Positions 36,934-44,680 of a stretch of 64,000 nt of DNA are shown here, in pieces. Under the pieces are notes generated by a model. That model was not told where the DNA came from, did not search any database, and saw only the letters and a list, made by a program, of their open reading frames with translations. The stretch spans positions 905,074 to 969,073 of the forward strand of contig CAVQCV010000005.1 of the NCBI GenBank assembly GCA_963711105.1, read 5' to 3'. The position numbers and the translations under genes are program-made. Origin of the DNA: an uncultured Chloroflexia bacterium (GTDB lineage Bacteria; Chloroflexota; Limnocylindria; Limnocylindrales; CSP1-4). Position 1 is the stretch's first letter. Each line of letters begins with the position of its first letter.

Positions 36934-38007
36934 GTGGTCCAACGCCAGCGTTTGACGATCCGGGACGTTGCGGCCGCGGCCGGCGTTTCGACCCAGACCG
37001 TCTCCCGCGTTCTGAACAACCGCATGGACGTGGCGCCTGAGACGTTGCGCCGGGTCAACGAAATCATCCGTGAAACCGGCTACTCCCCCAACATGCTCGC
37101 CCGGGGTCTCACCCAGGGACGCAGCCACATCCTGGGGGTCGTGGCCTACGGACTCGAGTACTTCGGCCCATCCAAGATCGTCACGGCGATAGAACGCCAG
37201 GCGGCGGAGATGGGCTACGCGATCCTCCTGACCCTGGTCCTGGAACCCGAGATCGACAACGTCGAATCCATCCTGAGCGCTCTCTCCGCGCGGCAGGTCG
37301 ATGGGATTATCTGGGCCGTGCCGGAGGTGAGCGCCAACGGAATCTGGTGCCCCGACAAGAGCCCCGTCGCGGATCGCCCGATTTTGCTCGTGGGGGGCAC
37401 GGCCGGCCAGGTGAACCTGCCGTCTCTGGCGATCGACAACGTGGCCATCGGCCGGCTTGCAACCCAGCATCTTCTCGCCGGCGGCGCCCGAAACGTGGGC
37501 ATAGTCACTGGGCCAATGACGTGGTGGGAGGCGCGTCAGCGATTCGAAGGCTGGCAGTCGACGCTGGAGGAGGAGGGCCGCGTGCCACTCGACTGCCTGA
37601 TCACCGAGGGCGACTGGACCGTGTCCAGCGGCGAGCAGGGCCTCTACCGAATCCTCGAACGCTGCCCCGACATCGACGCCGTTTTCGCGAGCAACGACCA
37701 GATGGCCCTAGGAGTGCTCCATGCCGCTCACCGGCTCGGCATATCGGTGCCGGATCGCTTGTCGGTCGTGGGGGTCGACAACATCGCCGAGGCTTCGCAC
37801 TTCTGGCCGCCGCTGACGACGGTCTACCAGCCTTTGGCCGACGAGGGCGCACGCGCCGTCGAGGAGATCGACAGACTGATCAACCGCGCTCTGGGCACGC
37901 GACGGGCACCCACTCAGCCGCTCGAACCGAGGCTGCTCCAGCCGGCCCTGATCGCCCGAGCCAGCAGCCGCCCTCCCGTCCCCGACCGCGTCCCGCTCGC
38001 CAACTGA
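36934..38007 (+). CDS. LacI family transcriptional regulator (candidate repressor of the arabinose locus)
   Basis: GTG start with GGGGAGAG upstream. LTIRDVAAAAGVSTQTVSRVLNN...ETLRRVNEIIRETGYSPNMLARGL, then a periplasmic-binding-protein-like fold. Confidence 0.9.
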   Translation: MVQRQRLTIRDVAAAAGVSTQTVSRVLNNRMDVAPETLRRVNEIIRETGYSPNMLARGLTQGRSHILGVVAYGLEYFGPSKIVTAIERQAAEMGYAILLTLVLEPEIDNVESILSALSARQVDGIIWAVPEVSANGIWCPDKSPVADRPILLVGGTAGQVNLPSLAIDNVAIGRLATQHLLAGGARNVGIVTGPMTWWEARQRFEGWQSTLEEEGRVPLDCLITEGDWTVSSGEQGLYRILERCPDIDAVFASNDQMALGVLHAAHRLGISVPDRLSVVGVDNIAEASHFWPPLTTVYQPLADEGARAVEEIDRLINRALGTRRAPTQPLEPRLLQPALIARASSRPPVPDRVPLAN

Positions 38008-38048
38008 CCGTCCGGGGGCTGGCGCACGGACCGGCCGGACCGCGGCCG

Positions 38049-38077
38049 TTGACACCACCGGGGCGTTCTCGTATCCT
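38049..38077 (+). promoter_or_regulatory. Near-consensus sigma70-type promoter
   Basis: TTGACA (38049-38054), 17-nt spacer, TATCCT (38072-38077). Confidence 0.55.
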
Positions 38078-38113
38078 CCCCGGGTCTGCCGACTACGGCA
38101 GCAGGAGCACGAG

Positions 38114-38215
38114 GTGTGTTTCGTGGGCGACATCAACACCAACGCAATCGGCGGAACCGCTCGCCCGAGCGGCGATACCGCCGTCTGCGGGAAATCTGTG
38201 CCCACCGAGAGCTAG
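38114..38215 (+). CDS. 33-codon small ORF (candidate leader peptide or small exported peptide)
   Basis: AGGAG (38103-38107), 6 nt, then GTG. MCFVGDINTNAIGGTARPSGDTAVCGKSVPTES followed by TAG. 27 of 33 codons end in G/C (hand count). Too short for the ORF track. Confidence 0.4.
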   Translation: MCFVGDINTNAIGGTARPSGDTAVCGKSVPTES

Positions 38216-38249
38216 CCTGAGGCGGCAGTGCCGCCAGGACGACCTCTGA

Positions 38250-38281
38250 GCCGTGGGCCAGATCGGGCCCCCGGCTTTTTT
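38250..38281 (+). terminator. Intrinsic terminator
   Basis: GCCGtGGGCC-agatcg-GGCCCcCGGC followed by TTTTTT. Confidence 0.65.
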
Positions 38282-38320
38282 GATGCCTGTCTCCGGCCTT
38301 GACCCCGGATGACCGCGAAG

Positions 38321-38384
38321 CCGCGAGCCCGCTCCCGCCCCGTCCGGCTCGCGGATCCCACCGCGAGCCCCTCCGAACTGGAGG
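38321..38384 (+). promoter_or_regulatory. Leader with mutually exclusive helices and an SD-sequestering hairpin upstream of the ABC ATPase gene
   Basis: CCGCGAGCCC occurs at 38321-38330 and again at 38361-38370, flanking its complement GGCTCGCGG (38346-38354). CCTCC (38370-38374) can pair with SD GGAGG (38380-38384). Confidence 0.35.
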
Positions 38385-38390
38385 TGCCTT

Positions 38391-39302
38391 ATGAGCATCG
38401 CGGTACTAGATCCATCAAATACGCCGGCCACGAGCCGGCTCTCGACCAAGAACCAGCCGGCCGGACCTGCGGCGCTGCTGGTGGTGAATGCCACCAAGCG
38501 TTTCAAGGTCGATCGACGCAAACCTCCCCTCGTGGCGGTCGATGACGTCTCGCTCCAGATAGAGCGGGGCGAGATCTACGGCCTGCTCGGAGCCAACGGC
38601 AGCGGCAAATCGACGTTCATCCGCCTGGTCAGCGGCCTGTTGACCCTGGACTCGGGACGAGTCGAGGTCTTCGGCCACGACCTCATTCGCGAGGAGATGG
38701 CCGTCAAACGGCTGATCAACAGGGTCAGCGTCGACGCAGCCTTCTTCAAGAAACTCTCGCCGGCCGAGAACCTCTCGTTCGCGGCTCGCTTGTACGGCCT
38801 CGACGCCGGCGTCGCCAGACGCCGAGCGGTCGAGATCATGGGCCGGCTGGGCATCGGCGAGAAGCGGATGGGCCGGCCCGTGGAGCAGATGAGCCGGGGC
38901 ATGCAGCAGAAGGTGGCAATCGCCAGAGCTCTGCTGACCAGCCCGGCCCTGCTGCTGCTCGACGAGCCGACGACGGGGCTCGACCCCCGCTCCAAGCTGG
39001 ACGTCCAGGCGTTCATCGAGGAGCTGAGGGCCGAGCACGACGCCACGATCCTGCTGACCACGCACGACCTGACGGAAGCCGAACGGTTGTGCGGCCGAAT
39101 TGGGATCCTGGCCGGCGGCCGGCTCGCTGCCGAGGACACACCCGATCGCCTCAAGACCAGAGTCGCTTTCGAGCACGGGCTGTCGCCCACGCTCGAAAGC
39201 GCCTTCATGGCCTACACCGGACGCTCCCTGGACGACGACCCCTCCGAGGGCGAACTCGATGGGGCCGACGCCGATGAGGGCGCCGCGGAGCCGGCCCGAT
39301 AG
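38391..39302 (+). CDS. ABC transporter ATP-binding protein (ABC-2 / DrrA-like exporter type)
   Basis: GLLGANGSGKST, MSRGMQQKVAIARAL, LLLDEPTTGLD, TTHDLTEAE. Confidence 0.92.
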   Translation: MSIAVLDPSNTPATSRLSTKNQPAGPAALLVVNATKRFKVDRRKPPLVAVDDVSLQIERGEIYGLLGANGSGKSTFIRLVSGLLTLDSGRVEVFGHDLIREEMAVKRLINRVSVDAAFFKKLSPAENLSFAARLYGLDAGVARRRAVEIMGRLGIGEKRMGRPVEQMSRGMQQKVAIARALLTSPALLLLDEPTTGLDPRSKLDVQAFIEELRAEHDATILLTTHDLTEAERLCGRIGILAGGRLAAEDTPDRLKTRVAFEHGLSPTLESAFMAYTGRSLDDDPSEGELDGADADEGAAEPAR

Positions 39303-39345
39303 CCGGCCTCCATCAATCAGAACCATCTTCGAAAGGGACACTCCG

Positions 39346-39540
39346 TTGTTGTCACACGAAATCGCGTTCCTGATACATCGCGAACGCCAGCGAGAGATCG
39401 AGCGACGAATGGCCGTCCGGTCGATTCCGGCCGGCCAGATCCAGGACCGCTCGATTCGCCGGCGCGTCGGCCGGGCGCTGATCCGAGCAGGTTCTGCCCT
39501 GGCCGCCGACGCACCCGTAGCCCTGGCCTCCCGCCGCTGA
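39346..39540 (+). CDS. Candidate small Arg-rich protein (64 aa) between the ABC ATPase and permease genes
   Basis: TTG 39346 (AGGGA 7 nt upstream) or ATG 39409: LLSHEIAFLIHRERQREIERRMAVRSIPAGQIQDRSIRRRVGRALIRAGSALAADAPVALASRR. It fills an otherwise unexplained 272-nt gap. Confidence 0.4.
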   Translation: MLSHEIAFLIHRERQREIERRMAVRSIPAGQIQDRSIRRRVGRALIRAGSALAADAPVALASRR

Positions 39541-39574
39541 GCGGCGGGCGGCCAGCCCAAACCAGGAGACCACC

Positions 39575-40375
39575 GTGATCTCACTCACTCGCGAGGCACG
39601 CGCAAGCTATGCCTTCGTCGAGCGCAACTTCAACCTGACCAAACGCTACTGGGGCTGGGAAGTCGCATTCCTGGTCTATGCCATCGCCGGTGCGTTGAGC
39701 GTCTCTCTCATCGGGCAGTCTGTGGGCAGCCGCCGGCTGCTCATGTCCCTGGTTGTCGGCGCCGTGTTCTGGAACTACCTCTCGGTGGTCTTCCAGTCGA
39801 TCGGCGACACGATCACCTGGGAGCGCTGGGAAGGCACGCTCGAGTACACGATGATGGCCCCCATCCGGCGGTCGGTGCAGCTGCTGGGTTCGGCCCTGTA
39901 TGCGGTCGTGTACGGGCTGATCCACACGGCCCTGCTGCTCATCGTCCTGGCGCTGTTCTTCTCGCTGGACCTTGGTCAGGCCGATCTCGGCGCCGCGGCC
40001 GTGTTCATGGTCGTGGGTTCGGCCAGCCTGATCGGCATCGGCATGCTGGCCGCAATCCTGCCGATGATGTCGGTCGAGCGCGGCTCGCAGATGGTGTTCG
40101 TCCTGCAGTCGTGCCTGCTGCTGATCAGCGGCGTGTACTACTCGACCGACATCCTGCCCGGATGGATGCAGCTCCTGTCGCGGATCTCACCGGCGACGTA
40201 CGTCCTGGACGCGGTTCGCAAGGCGCTCATCGACGGAGAACCACTCGGGAGGCTGCTGCCGGACCTGTGGCCGCTCATCGGTATGGCTTTTGTCTTCATC
40301 CCGCTGGGACTGTGGGGCTTCGGTCAGGCCGAGCACTACGCCAAGCGAACCGGCAAGCTCAAGAGGGTAGGCTGA
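39575..40375 (+). CDS. ABC-2 type transporter permease
   Basis: GTG with AGGAGA upstream. Six hydrophobic helices and an ABC-2-like signature region (...TITWERWEGTLEYTMMAP...). Confidence 0.88.
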   Translation: MISLTREARASYAFVERNFNLTKRYWGWEVAFLVYAIAGALSVSLIGQSVGSRRLLMSLVVGAVFWNYLSVVFQSIGDTITWERWEGTLEYTMMAPIRRSVQLLGSALYAVVYGLIHTALLLIVLALFFSLDLGQADLGAAAVFMVVGSASLIGIGMLAAILPMMSVERGSQMVFVLQSCLLLISGVYYSTDILPGWMQLLSRISPATYVLDAVRKALIDGEPLGRLLPDLWPLIGMAFVFIPLGLWGFGQAEHYAKRTGKLKRVG

Positions 40376-40377
40376 AC

Positions 40378-41469
40378 ATGAGCGCTGAACTCGAACTCTG
40401 GGGCTGGGACGCCGGATGGGCCGACGAACTGGCGAGGCTCGGTGAACCGGGCCTCGTTCCCGCTCGCGTCGTCGCCCAGCACCGCGGCAGGTGGACCGTC
40501 GTCACCGAATTCGGGGACGCGCCGGCCGCGCCCACGGGACGCCTCCGCCACCGCGCCCTCGACGGCGACCTGCCGGCCGTGGGCGATTGGGTAGCTTGTC
40601 TCCCCTCCCCCGACGAGGGCGACCTGCGAATCCAGGCGGTCCTGAATCGGCGTTCGGCGTTCCGGCGCCGGATGGCCGGCCCGCAGGTCGGCGCCCAGAT
40701 CGTCGCGGCCAACGTCGACACTGTGTTCATGGCCACTTCCCTCAACCACGATTTCAAGCCGGGCCGCCTGGAACGCTACGTGGCCATGGCCCGAGAGTCC
40801 GGCGCGGAGCCGGTCGTACTGCTTACCAAGGCGGATCTGCACGACGACCCCGACGGCACCGCCGAGAGATCGGCGCAGGACCTGGGAGTGGCGGCCGTGG
40901 CCGTCAGTTCGGCAACCGGATTCGGCGTCGAGCGCATCGGACGCTGGCTGGTCCCCGGTCGCACGGTCGGCCTGGTCGGATCGTCCGGCGTGGGCAAGTC
41001 GACGCTCCTCAACCTCCTGGCCGGCGAGCGGCTGATGGCAACTCGCGAGATCAGGGAGGACGACGGTCGCGGGCGGCACACCACCACCCACAGGGAGCTG
41101 TTTCGGATTGCCGGAGGCGCTCTCGTACTCGACACGCCGGGCCTGCGGGAACTGGGCCTCTGGGACGCGGAGGCCGGCGTCGAAGACACCTTCGCCGACA
41201 TCGTGGCCCTGGCGAAACGATGCCGCTACCGCAACTGCGGCCACTTCATGGAGCCCGGCTGCGTCGTGATGGGCGCCGTCAAAGAAGGCAAGCTCGACGC
41301 GCGCCGCCTCCGCAACTACAGGCGGCTGTCGCGGGAGCTGGCCGACCAGCCGGAACCGGCGGTCGGGCGACACGAGCGGGAGCGCCGGTTCACCAAGAAG
41401 GTCCGGGACGCCTCGGACGAGAGCACGGCGCGCAAGAGATACGGAGGCGAGGTCGACTTCGACACTTGA
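40378..41469 (+). CDS. rsgA: Ribosome small-subunit-dependent GTPase A
   Basis: Circularly permuted GTPase: NVDTVFMATS, VVLLTKADL, GSSGVGKSTLLN, DDGRGRHTTTHRELF, DTPG. Zn knuckle CRYRNCGHFMEPGC. Confidence 0.9.
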   Translation: MSAELELWGWDAGWADELARLGEPGLVPARVVAQHRGRWTVVTEFGDAPAAPTGRLRHRALDGDLPAVGDWVACLPSPDEGDLRIQAVLNRRSAFRRRMAGPQVGAQIVAANVDTVFMATSLNHDFKPGRLERYVAMARESGAEPVVLLTKADLHDDPDGTAERSAQDLGVAAVAVSSATGFGVERIGRWLVPGRTVGLVGSSGVGKSTLLNLLAGERLMATREIREDDGRGRHTTTHRELFRIAGGALVLDTPGLRELGLWDAEAGVEDTFADIVALAKRCRYRNCGHFMEPGCVVMGAVKEGKLDARRLRNYRRLSRELADQPEPAVGRHERERRFTKKVRDASDESTARKRYGGEVDFDT

Positions 41470-41489
41470 CCGCGGGCGCCGGGGCGCGG

Positions 41490-42089
41490 ATGCTCAGGGC
41501 AATGCGTCCTTCTCGTGTGCCGCACCGTGATCGCATGGCCCCGTGGTGGGCTGCCGTGCTGGCACTTGGAGCGTTCGCCGGTTGCGGCGGCGCCTCCGGG
41601 ACGCCGCTCGACACAACGTCGGGGGAGGAGACCCATATGGCCGGGTTCGTTCTATCCAGTCCCAGCTTCGTCGAAGGCGGCGCGATTCCCATCAAGTACT
41701 CGTGCGACGGAGCGGATGTGTCCCCTGCCCTGGTCTGGGAAGGAGCCCCCGAGTCGACCCAGGCCCTGGCACTCATCGTGGACGACCCCGACGCGAGGGG
41801 CTTCATCCATTGGATCGTCTACAACATCCCGGGCGGCCATTCGGGCGGCCTGCCCGAGGGCGCCGGGGCGGCCGGCGTACCGCCGCAGGGGCGCAACGAT
41901 TTCGGGGGCGGCGGCTGGGGCGGCCCCTGCCCCCCGGGCGGCACGCATCACTACCGCTTCACGCTCTACGCCCTGTCCGCGCCGCTGGGCATAACCGGCG
42001 CACCGACCGCTTCGGAGGTGCGAAACGCGGTCTCGAAGGCGCTGCTGGGGCACACGACACTGACGGCGACATACACGCGCCGCAAGTAG
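41490..42089 (+). CDS. YbhB/YbcL (PEBP) family lipoprotein
   Basis: Lipobox GAFAGC. ...YSCDGADVSPALVWEGAP...IVDDPDA...FIHWIVYNIP...GPCPPGGTHHYRFTLYAL. Start at ATG 41490 or 41502. Confidence 0.85.
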   Translation: MLRAMRPSRVPHRDRMAPWWAAVLALGAFAGCGGASGTPLDTTSGEETHMAGFVLSSPSFVEGGAIPIKYSCDGADVSPALVWEGAPESTQALALIVDDPDARGFIHWIVYNIPGGHSGGLPEGAGAAGVPPQGRNDFGGGGWGGPCPPGGTHHYRFTLYALSAPLGITGAPTASEVRNAVSKALLGHTTLTATYTRRK

Positions 42090-42115
42090 TCCACGCAACC
42101 CCGGAGAGCGGCCCC

Positions 42116-42149
42116 GAGGCCCGGACGGAATCCGGTTCAGCCGGGCCTC
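42116..42149. terminator. Hairpin between convergent genes
   Basis: GAGGCCCGG...(16 nt)...CCGGGCCTC, a 9-bp stem. The loop itself can form CCGGA/TCCGG. Confidence 0.4.
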
Positions 42150-42161
42150 ACTTCGGTGGCG

Positions 42162-42647
42162 TCAGCCCTGGGCCAGACCCGCGGCCTCAGACGAGGCGCC
42201 TGAGGCCGCCTCGGCTTCGATGCCTGCCTTGAGGCACTCCAGGGTGCGGTCGATGCCCTTCTGGATGGGGCCCTGGACCATCGTCTTGAAGCCCGCCAGG
42301 ATCCCGCCCAGTTCCAGTTCGACCGCCCAAACGAGGTGGGTCGACTCGGGCGCCAGCTCGGTGAGTGTCAACCAGCCGCTCGCCGACGCCGGACTGCCCA
42401 TGACGGCGGCGGTCGCCTCAGCCTGGGCCCTGGCCGGGGCGGACAGTTCGGTCAATTCGAGCTCGATCGTGGCAGTGGCTCGCATGAAGGCGTTGCCGAC
42501 CTCGGCCGTGACGTGGAAGTGGCGGTCGTCGAGATACTCGACCTTCGGATCGGCGGGCAAGCAGGCGCCGACCCGGTTCGGATCCGTCACGACTTCCCAC
42601 ACACGCTGGCGGGCAGCCGCGATCTCCATCTCGCCGCTGAGTTGCAT
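42162..42647 (-). CDS. SRPBCC-fold protein, CoxG family
   Basis: MQLSGEMEIAAARQRVWEVVTDPNRVGACLP... matches the typical CoxG N-terminus. Confidence 0.8.
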   Translation of the reverse strand: MQLSGEMEIAAARQRVWEVVTDPNRVGACLPADPKVEYLDDRHFHVTAEVGNAFMRATATIELELTELSAPARAQAEATAAVMGSPASASGWLTLTELAPESTHLVWAVELELGGILAGFKTMVQGPIQKGIDRTLECLKAGIEAEAASGASSEAAGLAQG

Positions 42648-42754
42648 CGCTCCTCCAGGCTCGGTCCATTTGTGGTGGCGGACCGGGGTGCATCGTAGCC
42701 GCTGATCTCGATCTCGTCCGGGCGGGCCGGCGCAGCTTCACGGTTTGACCGGGT

Positions 42755-43897
42755 ATGCGACCGAGCGTAGCCTTCGGGGGACGCCGACGCCGGCACGGAC
42801 TGACCGCGCTGCCGCTGAGGCGTGGCGTGCCTCCGCGTCACCCGGGGGTCGACGGCAAGAGGGTTCTGATGCTGCCTGCGTTGACCCTTCCCGAGACCGG
42901 CTCCAACGGCTGCGGACCTTCGCCAGTCATGGGCGCCAATGCTCCCAAGCTGCGGCCGATGAGGGTAGCAGCGGCCATCACCGATCCTGCCGAACCGTGG
43001 GAAATCCCCGTACCGGCCCGCGATCGGTACAAGATCGACCGAATGCTGCCCGGCCGGCCGTTCCGTCCGATTGAGCCGGACGAAGTCCCGCCCGGGGCCG
43101 GTATCGCGCTGGCGTCGGAATGCGGGCCGCTCGGCCTCGATCAGCTCTACGTCGTACCCAGGACCACGCGGCTGGTGAACCGACTGAACTGCGTCATCAC
43201 TCCGGCGATGGTGCTCGGTTTCGGGGAGAGCCGGATCGGGCTGTGGATCGACGATGGGCCCGAGGGCCGCACGTCGTCCCTTCCAGTCGACGACCTGCTC
43301 GCAGTAGACGACCGCACGATCCTCCTGTACGGGCGGCTTCGCCTGGTCGCCGCGGCTCACCAGATAGTGGTCCGGTACAACACGGTCTCGCGGACCGAGG
43401 TTCAGCAGAACCTGGGCCGGCTGCGGGCCCGCATGGCCACTCGGGCCGAACCGGTTCAGCCGCGATTCGTCTGGGGCGACGCCGAGGACGACTCCCGGAC
43501 CGCGGCGGATCTGCCGCACAAGTGGCGCGTCGTGCTCGAGAACCCGGCCGTGCGGCCGGATCTGGACGAGCCCGTGGTCATCGCCGCCGGCGATCTGGCC
43601 GAGATCAGGGCGGGCCGCACGCGGCCGGCTTCAGGTGTCGCCGTCCTGGGGTCGCGAGAACTCGTGATCGCCAACGAGCCGGTCGAATACCTGGATCGCG
43701 CCCGCTACGGCGTCGACCTGCTGGCCATCCCGCGCGAGCGCCTCGACAGCCTCGGCTGGGACGGCCGGTCGCTGACGGTTCGGGTTGCCCGGACGCGCCC
43801 GGACCCCGAAGCTGCGACGTCCATCGCCCTGCCGCTCGACGCCTGCCTGGTGGAAGCGATGTGGCGCGCCTTCGGCGACGCCGTCCGCTGGGGCTGA
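42755..43897 (+). CDS. Hypothetical protein (380 aa as tracked; start uncertain)
   Basis: Coding-like codon usage throughout. No motif recognised. Immediately upstream of the OmpR/HK pair. Confidence 0.6.
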   Translation: MRPSVAFGGRRRRHGLTALPLRRGVPPRHPGVDGKRVLMLPALTLPETGSNGCGPSPVMGANAPKLRPMRVAAAITDPAEPWEIPVPARDRYKIDRMLPGRPFRPIEPDEVPPGAGIALASECGPLGLDQLYVVPRTTRLVNRLNCVITPAMVLGFGESRIGLWIDDGPEGRTSSLPVDDLLAVDDRTILLYGRLRLVAAAHQIVVRYNTVSRTEVQQNLGRLRARMATRAEPVQPRFVWGDAEDDSRTAADLPHKWRVVLENPAVRPDLDEPVVIAAGDLAEIRAGRTRPASGVAVLGSRELVIANEPVEYLDRARYGVDLLAIPRERLDSLGWDGRSLTVRVARTRPDPEAATSIALPLDACLVEAMWRAFGDAVRWG

Positions 43898-43963
43898 CGC
43901 CGGCCTTACGTCGGCCTTACATACGACCGGAGGCTTCCTTCGGCCGGGACGTATGCTGCCGCC

Positions 43964-44680
43964 ATGAAGACGATCCTCGTGGTGGACGACGAGCGCAACA
44001 TCGTGGAACTGGTCCGGCTCTACCTCGAGAAGGAAGGGTTCGCCGTCGTGGCCGCGTCCGACGGCGAGCAGGCGCTCGTCCAGTTCGAACGGACGGCGCC
44101 GAGCCTGGTGATCCTGGATCTGATGTTGCCCAAGATGGACGGCTTCGAGGTCTGCCGTGAACTCCGGCACCGCGGCGACGTGCCGATCCTGATGCTGACG
44201 GCCCGGTCCGAAGACGTGGACGCGATCGTGGGCCTGGAGCTGGGCGCGGACGACTACGTGACCAAGCCGTTCAACCCGCGCGCCCTGGTGGCCCGGGTCA
44301 AGGCGATCCTGCGCCGGACCGACGGCACGACCAGAGGCGGCAGGCCCATCGAGGTCGGCGACCTGCGAATCGACCCCCGCCGGCGCGAGGCCAGCGTCGG
44401 CGACCGCAACCTCGAACTGCGCGCCCGCGAATTCGATCTGCTGGCGGCCCTGGCGCGCGACCCGGGCGTGGTCCTGACCCGCGACTCTCTGCTCGAGAAC
44501 GTCTGGGGCACGGACTTCCCGGGTGAAACCAGGACGGTCGACGTCCACGTGGCCGAACTCCGCAAGAAGCTCGGCCACGACGGGCCGCAGCTCGAGACTA
44601 TTCGGGGCGTCGGCTACAGGCTGGTCCCACCGCCCCGCGCCGGGGCCGGGGCCGGTGGCGGTGGCGGAGAGCAGGCCTAG
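43964..44680 (+). CDS. OmpR-family response regulator
   Basis: MKTILVVDDERNIVELV...LVILDLMLPKMDG...LTARSEDVD...GADDYVTKPF, then a winged-helix C-terminus ...TVDVHVAELRKKL...IRGVGYRL. Confidence 0.93.
   Translation: MKTILVVDDERNIVELVRLYLEKEGFAVVAASDGEQALVQFERTAPSLVILDLMLPKMDGFEVCRELRHRGDVPILMLTARSEDVDAIVGLELGADDYVTKPFNPRALVARVKAILRRTDGTTRGGRPIEVGDLRIDPRRREASVGDRNLELRAREFDLLAALARDPGVVLTRDSLLENVWGTDFPGETRTVDVHVAELRKKLGHDGPQLETIRGVGYRLVPPPRAGAGAGGGGGEQA

Noticed and set aside
38114-38215. The 33-aa peptide as a lasso-peptide or other RiPP precursor (GGTARPSGD could form a Gly1-Asp9 ring).
   Set aside because: No lasso cyclase, leader peptidase or RRE gene, and no other maturation gene, lies nearby. 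The conserved Thr at -2 of the leader is not in register. The attenuator-like RNA context explains the ORF more economically. I keep it only as an alternative in the main finding.
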